Positions 26,289 through 35,702 of a DNA stretch of 42,151 nt are shown here, piece after piece. The stretch is from positions 1 through 42,151 of the IMG/VR virus record IMGVR_UViG_3300037851_000436; one strand, 5' to 3'. The notes below the pieces were generated by a model. That model was not told where the DNA came from and searched no databases. It saw only the letters and a program-made list of their open reading frames with translations. The DNA is from a virus (taxonomy: Duplodnaviria > Caudoviricetes). How positions within the stretch are numbered: the first letter of the stretch is position 1; every line of letters begins with the position of its first letter. The position numbers and the translations under genes are program-made.

Positions 26289-26664
26289 ATGATACCTTCA
26301 TAGTAAGTTTTACATAATATGTTTTACTTTCCTTAATAAAATCTTGTATTACTTGTATATCATCAATACTAAAATCTCTTGTAACAACTTCTGCATCAGT
26401 ACTAACTTCATCAGCAATATCAACTACTGTTTGTAAAGTATCCGCAACACAAAATATTGTTACAGTACCTTTTGGTAGTGACGCATATTTAAGAGTGTTA
26501 GACTTATTCTCAAAATCTATGTCAAAAGCAATATATGGTTTTGCTATTTCAGTATTCCCTATCTCTTCATAATTCAAAGGAATAACTGTATATCCAAGAC
26601 TAACTAACCAAGTATAAATTGCCTGCTGTGAACTATTATATTTTGTTGCGTTTGGAATTGTCAT
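26272..26664 (-). CDS. Tail terminator protein
   Basis: 130 aa, KPYIAF motif, acidic; neck context. Confidence 0.55.
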   Translation of the reverse strand: MTIPNATKYNSSQQAIYTWLVSLGYTVIPLNYEEIGNTEIAKPYIAFDIDFENKSNTLKYASLPKGTVTIFCVADTLQTVVDIADEVSTDAEVVTRDFSIDDIQVIQDFIKESKTYYVKLTMKVSFDGTR

Positions 26665-26666
26665 AA

Positions 26667-27050
26667 TTACACCTCTTTCAAATAAATAACTTTAACTATT
26701 TGTATATTCTGTAAACTTCCAACAATCTCTGAGCCTCTTCCACTATGTTCATATTCTTTACCAAACCAAGTAAATCTATACTTTGTTGTAGGAGTATCAT
26801 CCAGAATAATATCTGGATCTACAAATAATGAAATCTCTCCTGTCTGTAATGGAACAGGATTATATTTAATCATATTCTTAATTGGCTCAAACTCAACAGC
26901 AATAATTGTAGTCGGAGTTCTTGCAGTTTCTGTACTAACTCCAAAAGCATCTCTAGTTCCTTTTGTGTATGGAGTTATTATCAAATTACTTCCTAATTTA
27001 TTTATTACTTTATTAAATATTTTAGTTTTTAATTTGAGAGCGTTTACCAT
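26667..27050 (-). CDS. Head closure (stopper) protein
   Basis: RDAFG..., RFTWFGKEYE; follows adaptor. Confidence 0.6.
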   Translation of the reverse strand: MVNALKLKTKIFNKVINKLGSNLIITPYTKGTRDAFGVSTETARTPTTIIAVEFEPIKNMIKYNPVPLQTGEISLFVDPDIILDDTPTTKYRFTWFGKEYEHSGRGSEIVGSLQNIQIVKVIYLKEV

Positions 27051-27695
27051 TTAATATACTCCAATAGAAAATATTCTTGAACTTCTATTACTTGATAATT
27101 TTCTTAATTTCTCTTTAATCTCTGTATCCAAACTCTTAATAGCAAATTTTAGTCCATCAGCAGATTTCTCCACAACACGAATGCTTGAAATACTAACTAA
27201 TTCAGTATCTAAAGATGAAATACCAATTATACTCTCAAAATATCTCTTCTTAACCATAGCCAAACAAATCTCTCTAATAAGTAATGGAATTTCTGAAACA
27301 GAATTTCCTCCAGTATAAATTATTTGTAATTGTTTAGTACCAAAAAAATATTCTTTTGTTCTAATCAAACCTGAATTAGCATCCTCAATAACATAATCAC
27401 TAGCACTTAATGCAGTCCAAGTTGGTGCAAAAGTATCTCCATTTGAATTGTATGAGATACTAGTAATTGATACAATCGGAGTTCGTTTTAGAAAGAAAGT
27501 ATTACTTGTTACTTGTGGAGATAATACTTCTGTCTCAGTGCCTAAATCAAAAGTTTTTTGTGTATATGAATCTATATCATCTTCTGAAGCGGTAATCCAG
27601 TCTTCTACAAGACTACGCTTAGGATAATCTGTATCATTTAGAGATAAATCTAAATAATCAGAAACTTCTTGCAAACTACAATATCTATTTACCAT
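27051..27695 (-). CDS. Head-tail adaptor (gp6-like)
   Basis: YCSLQEVSDYL, ASEDDIDSYT, TPIVSITSI, YTGG..IP..IREIC; TATA at 27717-27724. Confidence 0.8.
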   Translation of the reverse strand: MVNRYCSLQEVSDYLDLSLNDTDYPKRSLVEDWITASEDDIDSYTQKTFDLGTETEVLSPQVTSNTFFLKRTPIVSITSISYNSNGDTFAPTWTALSASDYVIEDANSGLIRTKEYFFGTKQLQIIYTGGNSVSEIPLLIREICLAMVKKRYFESIIGISSLDTELVSISSIRVVEKSADGLKFAIKSLDTEIKEKLRKLSSNRSSRIFSIGVY

Positions 27696-27740
27696 ACACT
27701 TTAACAGAATTACAAATTTATAAATATATGTAAAGAAAAA

Positions 27741-28193
27741 TTATTTCTTTGAAACCTTATCTGTAACAACAGCAGGTTTTGGAGTAATAGATTCTTCATA
27801 TGCTTTAATATCAAACAAAACCGGTTTACCAAGATTTGTATCCAAAACAATTTCTCTATTTCCATTCTTAACTTCCCTTACTTCAAGAGGTTGTTTCGTT
27901 GCTAGACCATTAATAGCCATTACATTAAAATAACCGGGGAAATCTCTCAAGATTCTATCTGCAATTTCTCCAGTCATAGTAGTACACTTATATGGCTGAA
28001 ACTCAACATTATAGATAGTTACTTGTTCATTACAAATAAACGGAATAAGTGTCACCATCTGTGATACTGCACCATCAAATGTAGGAAATAAATATCTCAA
28101 GTCTTGGATTGTTCTAAATCCACCCATTTTTTCTGCCTCTCTCAACGAAGCAAGTTTTGTTTTCAAATTCAAATTATTATCTTCCATTTTCAA
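27741..28193 (-). CDS. Hypothetical protein downstream of capsid gene
   Basis: 150-aa ORF; probable ATG 28187. Confidence 0.7.
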   Translation of the reverse strand: MKMEDNNLNLKTKLASLREAEKMGGFRTIQDLRYLFPTFDGAVSQMVTLIPFICNEQVTIYNVEFQPYKCTTMTGEIADRILRDFPGYFNVMAINGLATKQPLEVREVKNGNREIVLDTNLGKPVLFDIKAYEESITPKPAVVTDKVSKK

Positions 28194-28226
28194 TCAAAAG
28201 CATAATTATAAAAAAAGGTGTTAACC

Positions 28227-29135
28227 TTATGCCGAGTTAACAACTTGTACAGAAGCATCAACAAGAACTTCTGTTCCAAACATCTCCCAATAGTGGAATG
28301 TAACAGCCCTTTCTCTGATGTTCTCTTCTCCCCATCTAAATTCTGGAGTTCTCTTTTGCATATAAACAAAAGGCTGATTCTTACCAAGAGCAATATTCTT
28401 GTATACATTAATACCTCCAGATCCTGTAGCAGTGTACTGAATCCTATTACTTACAAATACCTTAATTCCCTGATAACCATAAGAACCAACTTCTCCTGTC
28501 CTCAAAATAGAACCGGCAGTAACTGGGTTTTTAGAGTAATCAATGAAGTTTGTATCCTTCCTCAAATCACCAAATGCCTTAGGGTGAATCACAACAGAAG
28601 AACAACCTCTAGCCTGAGTCTGCATCATAGCAACATCAACTTCTACAAGTGTTGCACCATTCAAAACATCAGTAGAAATAATTGCAGCATCATTTGCCCT
28701 ATTATTAACATACTTAGCAGTAGTACTTGTAGTCATAAGTTCTGTAACAATAACATTCTCCCTATTAACAGATAAAGCACCAAGTGCATTATACTTTGCG
28801 TTGTTAACAATGAAATCAAATCCATAGTTCAACTCTTCCAAAGAAAACTGCTTACTGTCACCATAACCTGCGAAAGTAACTGTTTTCTGAGATACTACAT
28901 AAGCACTAACTGGAGTGATTGTACCTTCTGTAAGTGCAGATGCTGTCCAACCTCCCTCAATTACCTTATTAAACTGTTTACCTGGTTTCTCAAGCATTCT
29001 TGTATCCTGAATACCAAGCGGTCTAACAACTTCCATGTCATACATGTATTTGATAGCCTCTTCGTCATAAACTACTGGGTTTACATAACCCGCAGTAGCA
29101 TTATTTGTCTTGTAAATATTTGCATCGTATGCCAT
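28227..29135 (-). CDS. Major capsid protein (HK97 fold)
   Basis: NPVVYD, LTEGT..P, VIHPKAFGDLRKD..F, GEVG..QGIKVFVSN, MFGT. Confidence 0.88.
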   Translation of the reverse strand: MAYDANIYKTNNATAGYVNPVVYDEEAIKYMYDMEVVRPLGIQDTRMLEKPGKQFNKVIEGGWTASALTEGTITPVSAYVVSQKTVTFAGYGDSKQFSLEELNYGFDFIVNNAKYNALGALSVNRENVIVTELMTTSTTAKYVNNRANDAAIISTDVLNGATLVEVDVAMMQTQARGCSSVVIHPKAFGDLRKDTNFIDYSKNPVTAGSILRTGEVGSYGYQGIKVFVSNRIQYTATGSGGINVYKNIALGKNQPFVYMQKRTPEFRWGEENIRERAVTFHYWEMFGTEVLVDASVQVVNSA

Positions 29136-29137
29136 CT

Positions 29138-29569
29138 TTATTCGTATTTACCTTGTCTTATATTTCTAATCAAAGCCTGAACTTTTTCTGTATCCGGAAC
29201 CTGTGGATCTTTCCAGAAATTATAGTTTGCCTGATTAACTGTAGAGTAAGGATTTCCTCCAGTTGTTTGTGCTACACCCTTTTGAGTAATAACACTTTCT
29301 TTCAATTCGGACACTTGCTTATTTAGAGTTTCTATACTCTTACTATGTGCTTCATTAACCTTAGTTAATAACTGTTTAACAGTATCAGCACTAACCATAC
29401 CTTCCTTTGCAGTATTTATGGCTTCTTTCTTAACTTCATCAAGTTTCTTCTTATTCTCAGTCTCAATCTCTAGCAATAATTTATCCAAATCAATCTCATT
29501 CACTTGCTTAACTTCAACTGGTTTCACTGGTTCAGCAGGTTTATTCTCCTGTTGATTTACTTCCGTCAT
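29138..29569 (-). CDS. Scaffolding protein
   Basis: Coiled-coil, E/K-rich, directly upstream of capsid gene. Confidence 0.6.
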   Translation of the reverse strand: MTEVNQQENKPAEPVKPVEVKQVNEIDLDKLLLEIETENKKKLDEVKKEAINTAKEGMVSADTVKQLLTKVNEAHSKSIETLNKQVSELKESVITQKGVAQTTGGNPYSTVNQANYNFWKDPQVPDTEKVQALIRNIRQGKYE

Positions 29570-29876
29570 CTAGTTCAACCTCCTTGATTTTATTGTCTAA
29601 AGCCTTAAGCAACATCTTCTCCTTTTCAATGGTAACCTCTTTTTCTACTCGTTGCATTTCACCAATCAAAACTTCATACTCCACAGATAACTTACTATAC
29701 TCATCCATCAATAAGTATCTTGGTTTATCCCCAACAATCTGATAATTATCAAGTTTCAACTTTATAATTCTCTTATACATCTCTTCTGCCTTATTTAATA
29801 AATCAAGTTTCAACTGAACACTTGCTCTCTGGGTCTTTAGCGTTTCAATAACTTTAGTATTATCAACCATTTTCAT
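29541..29876 (-). CDS. Coiled-coil protein in head module
   Basis: 111-aa helical ORF between protease and scaffold. Confidence 0.65.
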   Translation of the reverse strand: MKMVDNTKVIETLKTQRASVQLKLDLLNKAEEMYKRIIKLKLDNYQIVGDKPRYLLMDEYSKLSVEYEVLIGEMQRVEKEVTIEKEKMLLKALDNKIKEVELDDGSKSTGE

Positions 29877-30520
29877 TCAATCTTTTTTTCTATATTATAG
29901 ATTTTAGCATTCTTGTTTGCTGGACTACTAGTCAAAGTCCAACCAAGTTTACTAGCATCTATAATAGTATTATTATAAGTTAAAGCATCTTTAAATTCTG
30001 CACTTAACTTAAGATAATGACCCTGTTTCTGCAATTCTAGCAACTTTTTATAATCAGGATATTTAGGATTTAACTTAAATCTAATATGTAACTGATTCTT
30101 ATCAAGTTTTATACTGTCAAGCAGTGCAGGTTCTTTACCCTTAACTATATCAGTGGAGAGTGGACTTTTTAAATCTTTGTCAAATTCGCAATGATCAATA
30201 GTACCATACTCCTCAATAAAGTTATGTTGTGTAAACTTACTTAAAAGATTCTCGGAGACATTATTATAAATATTACTGCAATCAGTACCAGCAAGAGTAA
30301 CAATACCATCCATATAGTAGTGCACATTAGTTCCACTACTAGATTTCGTAATAGTCTTTTTAACAGACAAGTCATTTATTTGCCATTCTTTAGTATTTGA
30401 ATATAACTTTTTAAAAGCCAATGCTGCATTTTTAGTTGCAATAGTAGCATCTTGTCCTTTTTCTATTAATTTACTGTACAGATGAGTATATAATTCTTTT
30501 GCTTTTGTCTCCATAATCAT
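29873..30520 (-). CDS. Prohead maturation protease with ChaB-like N-terminus
   Basis: TIDH, KLSAEF, WTLTSSPANKNA; N-terminal AKELY...A...A..AFKKLY. Confidence 0.65.
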   Translation of the reverse strand: MIMETKAKELYTHLYSKLIEKGQDATIATKNAALAFKKLYSNTKEWQINDLSVKKTITKSSSGTNVHYYMDGIVTLAGTDCSNIYNNVSENLLSKFTQHNFIEEYGTIDHCEFDKDLKSPLSTDIVKGKEPALLDSIKLDKNQLHIRFKLNPKYPDYKKLLELQKQGHYLKLSAEFKDALTYNNTIIDASKLGWTLTSSPANKNAKIYNIEKKIE

Positions 30521-30550
30521 TTTTATATAGTTACTAGTATATATATGTTA

Positions 30551-31072
30551 CTATTCAAATATAGTTTCAATGTCTGCTGGACTCACTAAATGTGGCTCAG
30601 AATATAAATCGTGTAAATGTGCAGTCAATTCACTACAAAACATTCCTTTAGAATCACTTGTTTTAGTACCAAATATATTAAAGAAACCAATCCTATAAAT
30701 ACCAAGCAATGAATATTTCAAACCTAAACACACTTTCAATCTCGTATCAAACCTCTGTTTATTAAATCTCTCTTGTCTACATATAATTATTTCTTTTGTT
30801 TTAATCTTAGATAATATCCAATTTGGATCTACTTCTTTCTTACATACTCCTTCGTGAAATAAAGACTGAACAATAAAATGTTTATTCCCTTCTTTGATAT
30901 ATGTGGCAGTGTGTACTGCTCTTGATAATGTGAATAACTGTATAAATATTCTTGAAAAATACCAATTACGAGTTTCTTTATTAAATAAACCTTTTAGTAG
31001 TTTATTCCATTTACCTCCTTTAAACAATAATATATCTCCAGATTTTAATAATTCTTTCATTTTAAAAACCAC
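30551..31072 (-). CDS. Permuted papain-like NlpC/P60 amidase (YiiX/YaeF type)
   Basis: LKSGDILLF, HTATY, GLKYS, MFCSEL, VSPADI (His before Cys). Confidence 0.82.
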   Translation of the reverse strand: MVFKMKELLKSGDILLFKGGKWNKLLKGLFNKETRNWYFSRIFIQLFTLSRAVHTATYIKEGNKHFIVQSLFHEGVCKKEVDPNWILSKIKTKEIIICRQERFNKQRFDTRLKVCLGLKYSLLGIYRIGFFNIFGTKTSDSKGMFCSELTAHLHDLYSEPHLVSPADIETIFE

Positions 31073-31368
31073 CCTATAACAACTCCAACTCCTGAAATAA
31101 TTCCAGATATTGAATATACTTTAACTGCTAATGTATCAAGTCTGTTTTCCATAACAGATTTTTCTTGTTCTAATGTTTCTACTTTATTTTTCAAAACAGC
31201 AACCTCAGTATTTTGTGTTGATAACAAATTCTTAATAATTTCTAGTTTATCATCAATTTTATCCATATACACTTCCAATTTATAGAGATTAGATTTGATA
31301 TTGTTTATCTCAATCCCTATCTTTCTAACAGGTTCACAATCATTTAAATCTTTGTCACAACTTTCCAT
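31057..31368 (-). CDS. Coiled-coil protein with C-terminal transmembrane helix (holin-like)
   Basis: Heptad repeats then VYSISGIISGVGVVIGWFLK. Confidence 0.55.
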   Translation of the reverse strand: MESCDKDLNDCEPVRKIGIEINNIKSNLYKLEVYMDKIDDKLEIIKNLLSTQNTEVAVLKNKVETLEQEKSVMENRLDTLAVKVYSISGIISGVGVVIGWFLK

Positions 31369-31370
31369 AG

Positions 31371-31994
31371 TTACACTCCAGGTTGAACATAGTAGTTCAT
31401 CTTAACTGTTACATAATTATTTGTTGTAGTAGAATTAATAACTCTAATCAAATATTTAGAATTATTCTTTAAAATCCATTCATTTGTACTTCTTTGTTCT
31501 CCTCCAGAACCTCTATCAATAGCAAAATGTAAATGTTCTAATTCTGTACCAACATTAGTAACTATTGGTGTATGAAAAAAACTAACTTCTGTTTCAGATA
31601 CTTGTGGGTCTGCCCTATTTCTATTTCTTGAATCTATAGTAGTACCATTATTTGTTACTACACAATCTTCATAAAGATAATAATCTATTTCTGATTCAAA
31701 AAATATTTTTGGAAGAAAATGATATCGTTTTATTGTAGAATTAGGAGTGATAATTAATATATCAATAGACCCTGAATTTGGTATATCAATAGAAATATTA
31801 CTAGTCAAAGAATCTCCACAGTGTATTTCGTGATGTTCAACATCTATAACTATTGGACTACCTCTAAAATAAGTATCTGATGCCATATTAGATATTTCTC
31901 CAAATTCATCAATCAATTTCAAAATAACCTTTTTTGCACTAATATCAATATCGTGCTCCAAATTATTTAATGTATGTTCACTCTGAAAAACCAT
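31371..31994 (-). CDS. Putative virion structural beta-sandwich protein
   Basis: HHEIHCG..., EWILKNNSKYLIRVIN; fibre block context. Confidence 0.55.
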   Translation of the reverse strand: MVFQSEHTLNNLEHDIDISAKKVILKLIDEFGEISNMASDTYFRGSPIVIDVEHHEIHCGDSLTSNISIDIPNSGSIDILIITPNSTIKRYHFLPKIFFESEIDYYLYEDCVVTNNGTTIDSRNRNRADPQVSETEVSFFHTPIVTNVGTELEHLHFAIDRGSGGEQRSTNEWILKNNSKYLIRVINSTTTNNYVTVKMNYYVQPGV

Positions 31995-32178
31995 TTTTAG
32001 TAAAAAAATATAATATCAAGTATACGCCTTCTGAAATCTCTTGAACAGAATGTATAGGATATTCTTGTTCTTGTATTTTTAGTAAAGCATCATTAAGTTG
32101 ATTTAATCTATTCTCAGGACTACCTATTGTTTGTATCCTTATTGCTTGAATATATCTACTTAATTTGTCACTTATCAT
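31978..32178 (-). CDS. Hypothetical protein
   Basis: 66-aa ORF with TATA at 32205-32212. Confidence 0.65.
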   Translation of the reverse strand: MISDKLSRYIQAIRIQTIGSPENRLNQLNDALLKIQEQEYPIHSVQEISEGVYLILYFFTKNGFSE

Positions 32179-32217
32179 TTTCTAACTTATATAAATAATT
32201 ATAGTATATAAATGTTA

Positions 32218-35200
32218 CTATAACATACTTGCTGCAAATACTTGTTCCTTACTTGATGGATTATCAGGTAAATTGTCTGTTCTTTCTTTTACAGCAGTTA
32301 AGTCGCTTTGACTTCCTCTTGTTGAAACTGCAACATCAAGGTTTGAAGTATTTAATCCAAATAATTGTGCACTTTCACTAGCAGTTAATCCACTTGTTCC
32401 TGTTTCTGCGATATATACTTTATCAGAAAACGCAGTAATCCCTGCACCCCACAAAATTCTTGTACCACCAATCTTTTGTAACCATACATCATTATCGGTA
32501 AAAGTAAGATTATCTGTTGTTGCATTTACATTAATTAATTGTAAATCAAGTAAGTCTCCGTCCTGTTTCAAGTTACCAACATCTTGTGCATATAACCCAC
32601 CAAAGAAATATCTAATCCCTTCTTCAGTTGTTTCATTATCCTTAAACCAAGCATAGAATCTTTTCTTTGTAGTTTCACCGTCTGGGTCATCAATCTCAGT
32701 ATATATATTCAGAACATCGGCAGTAAATTCCGTAACTGTTGAACCATCAATTCCATAACTTGTATATACAGAATCATTTGTTTGCGTGTCAATAAATTCT
32801 AATCCTGCAGCACTAGAAAATACTCCTTGTGTCTCTATTGTTTCCTTTGCAGTAGTACCATTAACATATGCTGCTCTCATTCGGATAATATCTCCGTCTT
32901 CTGCCTCACTTGAACTTGTAATCTCATACGAGTATCCTAACCCACCACTAACAACTGAGTTATCAATCTCCAAATCTTTTGTAATGTTATAAATTTGTAC
33001 TCGTGTACCATCAATCAAATTTGCATTAGATACTGCAACAATCGGAGCAAGAATGTTCACGGTTGCACCAGCAGTAGTATAAGTTGGTACATCTCCAGTT
33101 GAATCAACAGTAATATTAACTGTTCCAGTTGTTGCTGTAACATTAATATCTGTTGTAAAACCAGTATATGTTACTCCAGTCAAGGTATAGTTTCCTGCAC
33201 TTCCAATCTCTATCGCATAATTACTTGAAGTTGCAGTATTAAACGCAATATTGGTCATACTTGATGTTGTGCTAATACTACAACCTGTTCCGTCGCCAGG
33301 ATTTGTGAAATTACAACCAGTTAAAGTCAATCCACTCAAATCAATTTTATTACATCCAGAAAAAGACATTCCTGAATAGGTCATAATATTTCTAAGAGTA
33401 ACATTTGCGTTTACAATAGTTAGCCCAGTGAAATCATATGTTGCACTTGCACTTGCTGAGGTGTGCATTTCAAATTTAATCCTACTTCCTCCAGCAATAG
33501 TTGCAGACCTTAATTTAATTGTGTCTCCTGATTTACCATAAATTGTCACACCACAATATCCATCATCAACGTGGAATTTCCCATACTTGTTTGACAAGTT
33601 ATACTTTACAGGGTATGTCAAGTTGAACAAACTTGCATCAATGTACACCGCATCATTACCTCCAATTCTAATAGGGACATAACACTCAGAGTTATTCTGA
33701 ATCAATGGACACGGATAAGCATTAGCACACGCAACAATCTGCTCCCAAGTTCCAGGATATACACTTGTTCCACCATTAATTACTAGTTCTGTAACATTCA
33801 TCAACTGCGAATAATATACAGTTGATGTACCATTTATGTTGTTTGGTGCAATCAACATTTTTATAATTGAATTACTTGCAGGAGGCGTACTACTTACCCA
33901 AGTACTCGTGTCTGTACTTTGTCCTACTTGAACAGCATACACATTTCTTGCGTCTGCTTTCGTGTCTTTTGCATCATAGCCTCCAACAATCCAAGTCTTG
34001 AACTGATTACTTGAGTTTCCTATACAGAACGGGATTCCACCATATTCTAAATTACCAATATCTGTCTGGTCTCGTGGTGTTCCAAAGATATATGTTCCTA
34101 CCGTTACCCCGCTTGACAAATCAAACCCGCTCGCACCAAATATTCGTGTGGCACCAGCATAAATATTACCCGTTGAACCAGGACTTGATGCAATACTTGC
34201 CTCTGATGTGTTTACCCCAGTATCTCCAACTGAAGCAAGAGCATCATACTGCAATCCCTTCATTCCAACCCAAGCTTGTGAAATTGTTGGATTCGTTGTG
34301 TACACTGTTGTAAGTCTCCATCTAATCCAATATGCACTCTGTCCGTTCACTGTTGTTGTTGTCCAGTTTGATAATACATTACTAAACGCAAATGTCTGGT
34401 TATCATTAACTGTTGCGGTCAAAGACGATGTCTGGTCATATTGATTAGGCAATGTCACCCAAGCACTATTATTCCAGTATTCTTTAACCAATACACCACC
34501 AACACCGGCAGTACAACCCGCCCTATCAATTCTCATTGCAGAGAATTTTGAGGAACTTCCAATATAGAACGCATCTCCAACCTGTTGAACCCCAACGTCC
34601 GCAAACGGCAAAACATCTGCATCTGTTGACGAATTTATTTGCGAGGTATAATCTGTGAATGTTCCTCCTCTATCTTGTAACGCATACTCTACTGCTCTTC
34701 CTGTACCAAGTAACCAAGAATCTGATATACTACCACTATCAGCATTTGATGTTCTAATACCTCCTGCTTTCAACGGGTCAATAATTGTCATACCACTAGC
34801 ACTCGGATATAACGGAACAACACCCGTTCCAACATCTTCAATCGCAACAGCAATTAATACCGACTCATCAGCAGTTCCATTGATAATCCATTCTTGTGCC
34901 CCTGTGCTTCCAGCAGTTTTCTGGAATCTCCAACTAACCCCAAGCCCAACAGTTGCACCGTCATCTTTCGCAGATAACAAGAAAGTACCGGGTTTCGACA
35001 CAGGCTGAACTGCACCATCACTTGAACAAGAAAACAACAGCAAACAATTATCAACTGTTGTAGTAATTGCATTACAAGTATATGGTTCACCCGCAGAATC
35101 CGTGTTTATTCCAGAAACATTAATTGGGTTACTTGGATTAAAATCAACAACAGCAACTGAACATCCACACCACGCATCTGCATCTGTTGAAGTAACAACA

Positions 35201-35457
35201 GGAGTAGTTTCAGAACTGGATGCTGCAATCTTATACCACGCACCACCACGACAAGTATTATTTCCTGATGTACCAACAACACCCTCACGAATTAATGTCC
35301 AGCCAGACGGGGTACTAATTGTTCCACCGGCACCATCATCTTTTGCTACAAAAATCACGAGTAGGTCCCCTATAGTATAATCTGATGGCAATGATACAGA
35401 AAACGACGTTGTATCTGTTCCTGTCTGATTATCATTTTTTGATTTTACTCGTGCCAT
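32218..35457 (-). CDS. Large virion fibre/adhesin-like protein
   Basis: 1079 aa, Thr/Ser/Gly-rich; GDLLVIFVA..TPSGWT domain, EYWNNSAWV..YWIRW domain, beta-helix-like segment. Confidence 0.65.
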   Translation of the reverse strand: MARVKSKNDNQTGTDTTSFSVSLPSDYTIGDLLVIFVAKDDGAGGTISTPSGWTLIREGVVGTSGNNTCRGGAWYKIAASSSETTPVVTSTDADAWCGCSVAVVDFNPSNPINVSGINTDSAGEPYTCNAITTTVDNCLLLFSCSSDGAVQPVSKPGTFLLSAKDDGATVGLGVSWRFQKTAGSTGAQEWIINGTADESVLIAVAIEDVGTGVVPLYPSASGMTIIDPLKAGGIRTSNADSGSISDSWLLGTGRAVEYALQDRGGTFTDYTSQINSSTDADVLPFADVGVQQVGDAFYIGSSSKFSAMRIDRAGCTAGVGGVLVKEYWNNSAWVTLPNQYDQTSSLTATVNDNQTFAFSNVLSNWTTTTVNGQSAYWIRWRLTTVYTTNPTISQAWVGMKGLQYDALASVGDTGVNTSEASIASSPGSTGNIYAGATRIFGASGFDLSSGVTVGTYIFGTPRDQTDIGNLEYGGIPFCIGNSSNQFKTWIVGGYDAKDTKADARNVYAVQVGQSTDTSTWVSSTPPASNSIIKMLIAPNNINGTSTVYYSQLMNVTELVINGGTSVYPGTWEQIVACANAYPCPLIQNNSECYVPIRIGGNDAVYIDASLFNLTYPVKYNLSNKYGKFHVDDGYCGVTIYGKSGDTIKLRSATIAGGSRIKFEMHTSASASATYDFTGLTIVNANVTLRNIMTYSGMSFSGCNKIDLSGLTLTGCNFTNPGDGTGCSISTTSSMTNIAFNTATSSNYAIEIGSAGNYTLTGVTYTGFTTDINVTATTGTVNITVDSTGDVPTYTTAGATVNILAPIVAVSNANLIDGTRVQIYNITKDLEIDNSVVSGGLGYSYEITSSSEAEDGDIIRMRAAYVNGTTAKETIETQGVFSSAAGLEFIDTQTNDSVYTSYGIDGSTVTEFTADVLNIYTEIDDPDGETTKKRFYAWFKDNETTEEGIRYFFGGLYAQDVGNLKQDGDLLDLQLINVNATTDNLTFTDNDVWLQKIGGTRILWGAGITAFSDKVYIAETGTSGLTASESAQLFGLNTSNLDVAVSTRGSQSDLTAVKERTDNLPDNPSSKEQVFAASML

Positions 35458-35465
35458 TTTTTAGT

Positions 35466-35702
35466 CTATACCTCCCTCAAAATAACTATTTTTCCTTCTT
35501 CAGTCTTTGCTCTTAAATTTCTAACATTCAAAATCAAATCTTTATTCTTAATTTTAATCTTTGAATCTTTATCAAGTTTATTGACATCAATCTCAACTTG
35601 TTCTCTTAACAGACTCTTGTCTTCTGAATTAACTACAAAATATATTTTCTTAACCATTTTAACTGTAACTCCATTGAATAGGTTTTGGTAAGCCACTCGC
35701 AT
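35466..35702 (-). CDS. Hypothetical protein
   Basis: ORF in operon; probable start MVKKIY right after upstream stop. Confidence 0.65.
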   Translation of the reverse strand: MRVAYQNLFNGVTVKMVKKIYFVVNSEDKSLLREQVEIDVNKLDKDSKIKIKNKDLILNVRNLRAKTEEGKIVILREV

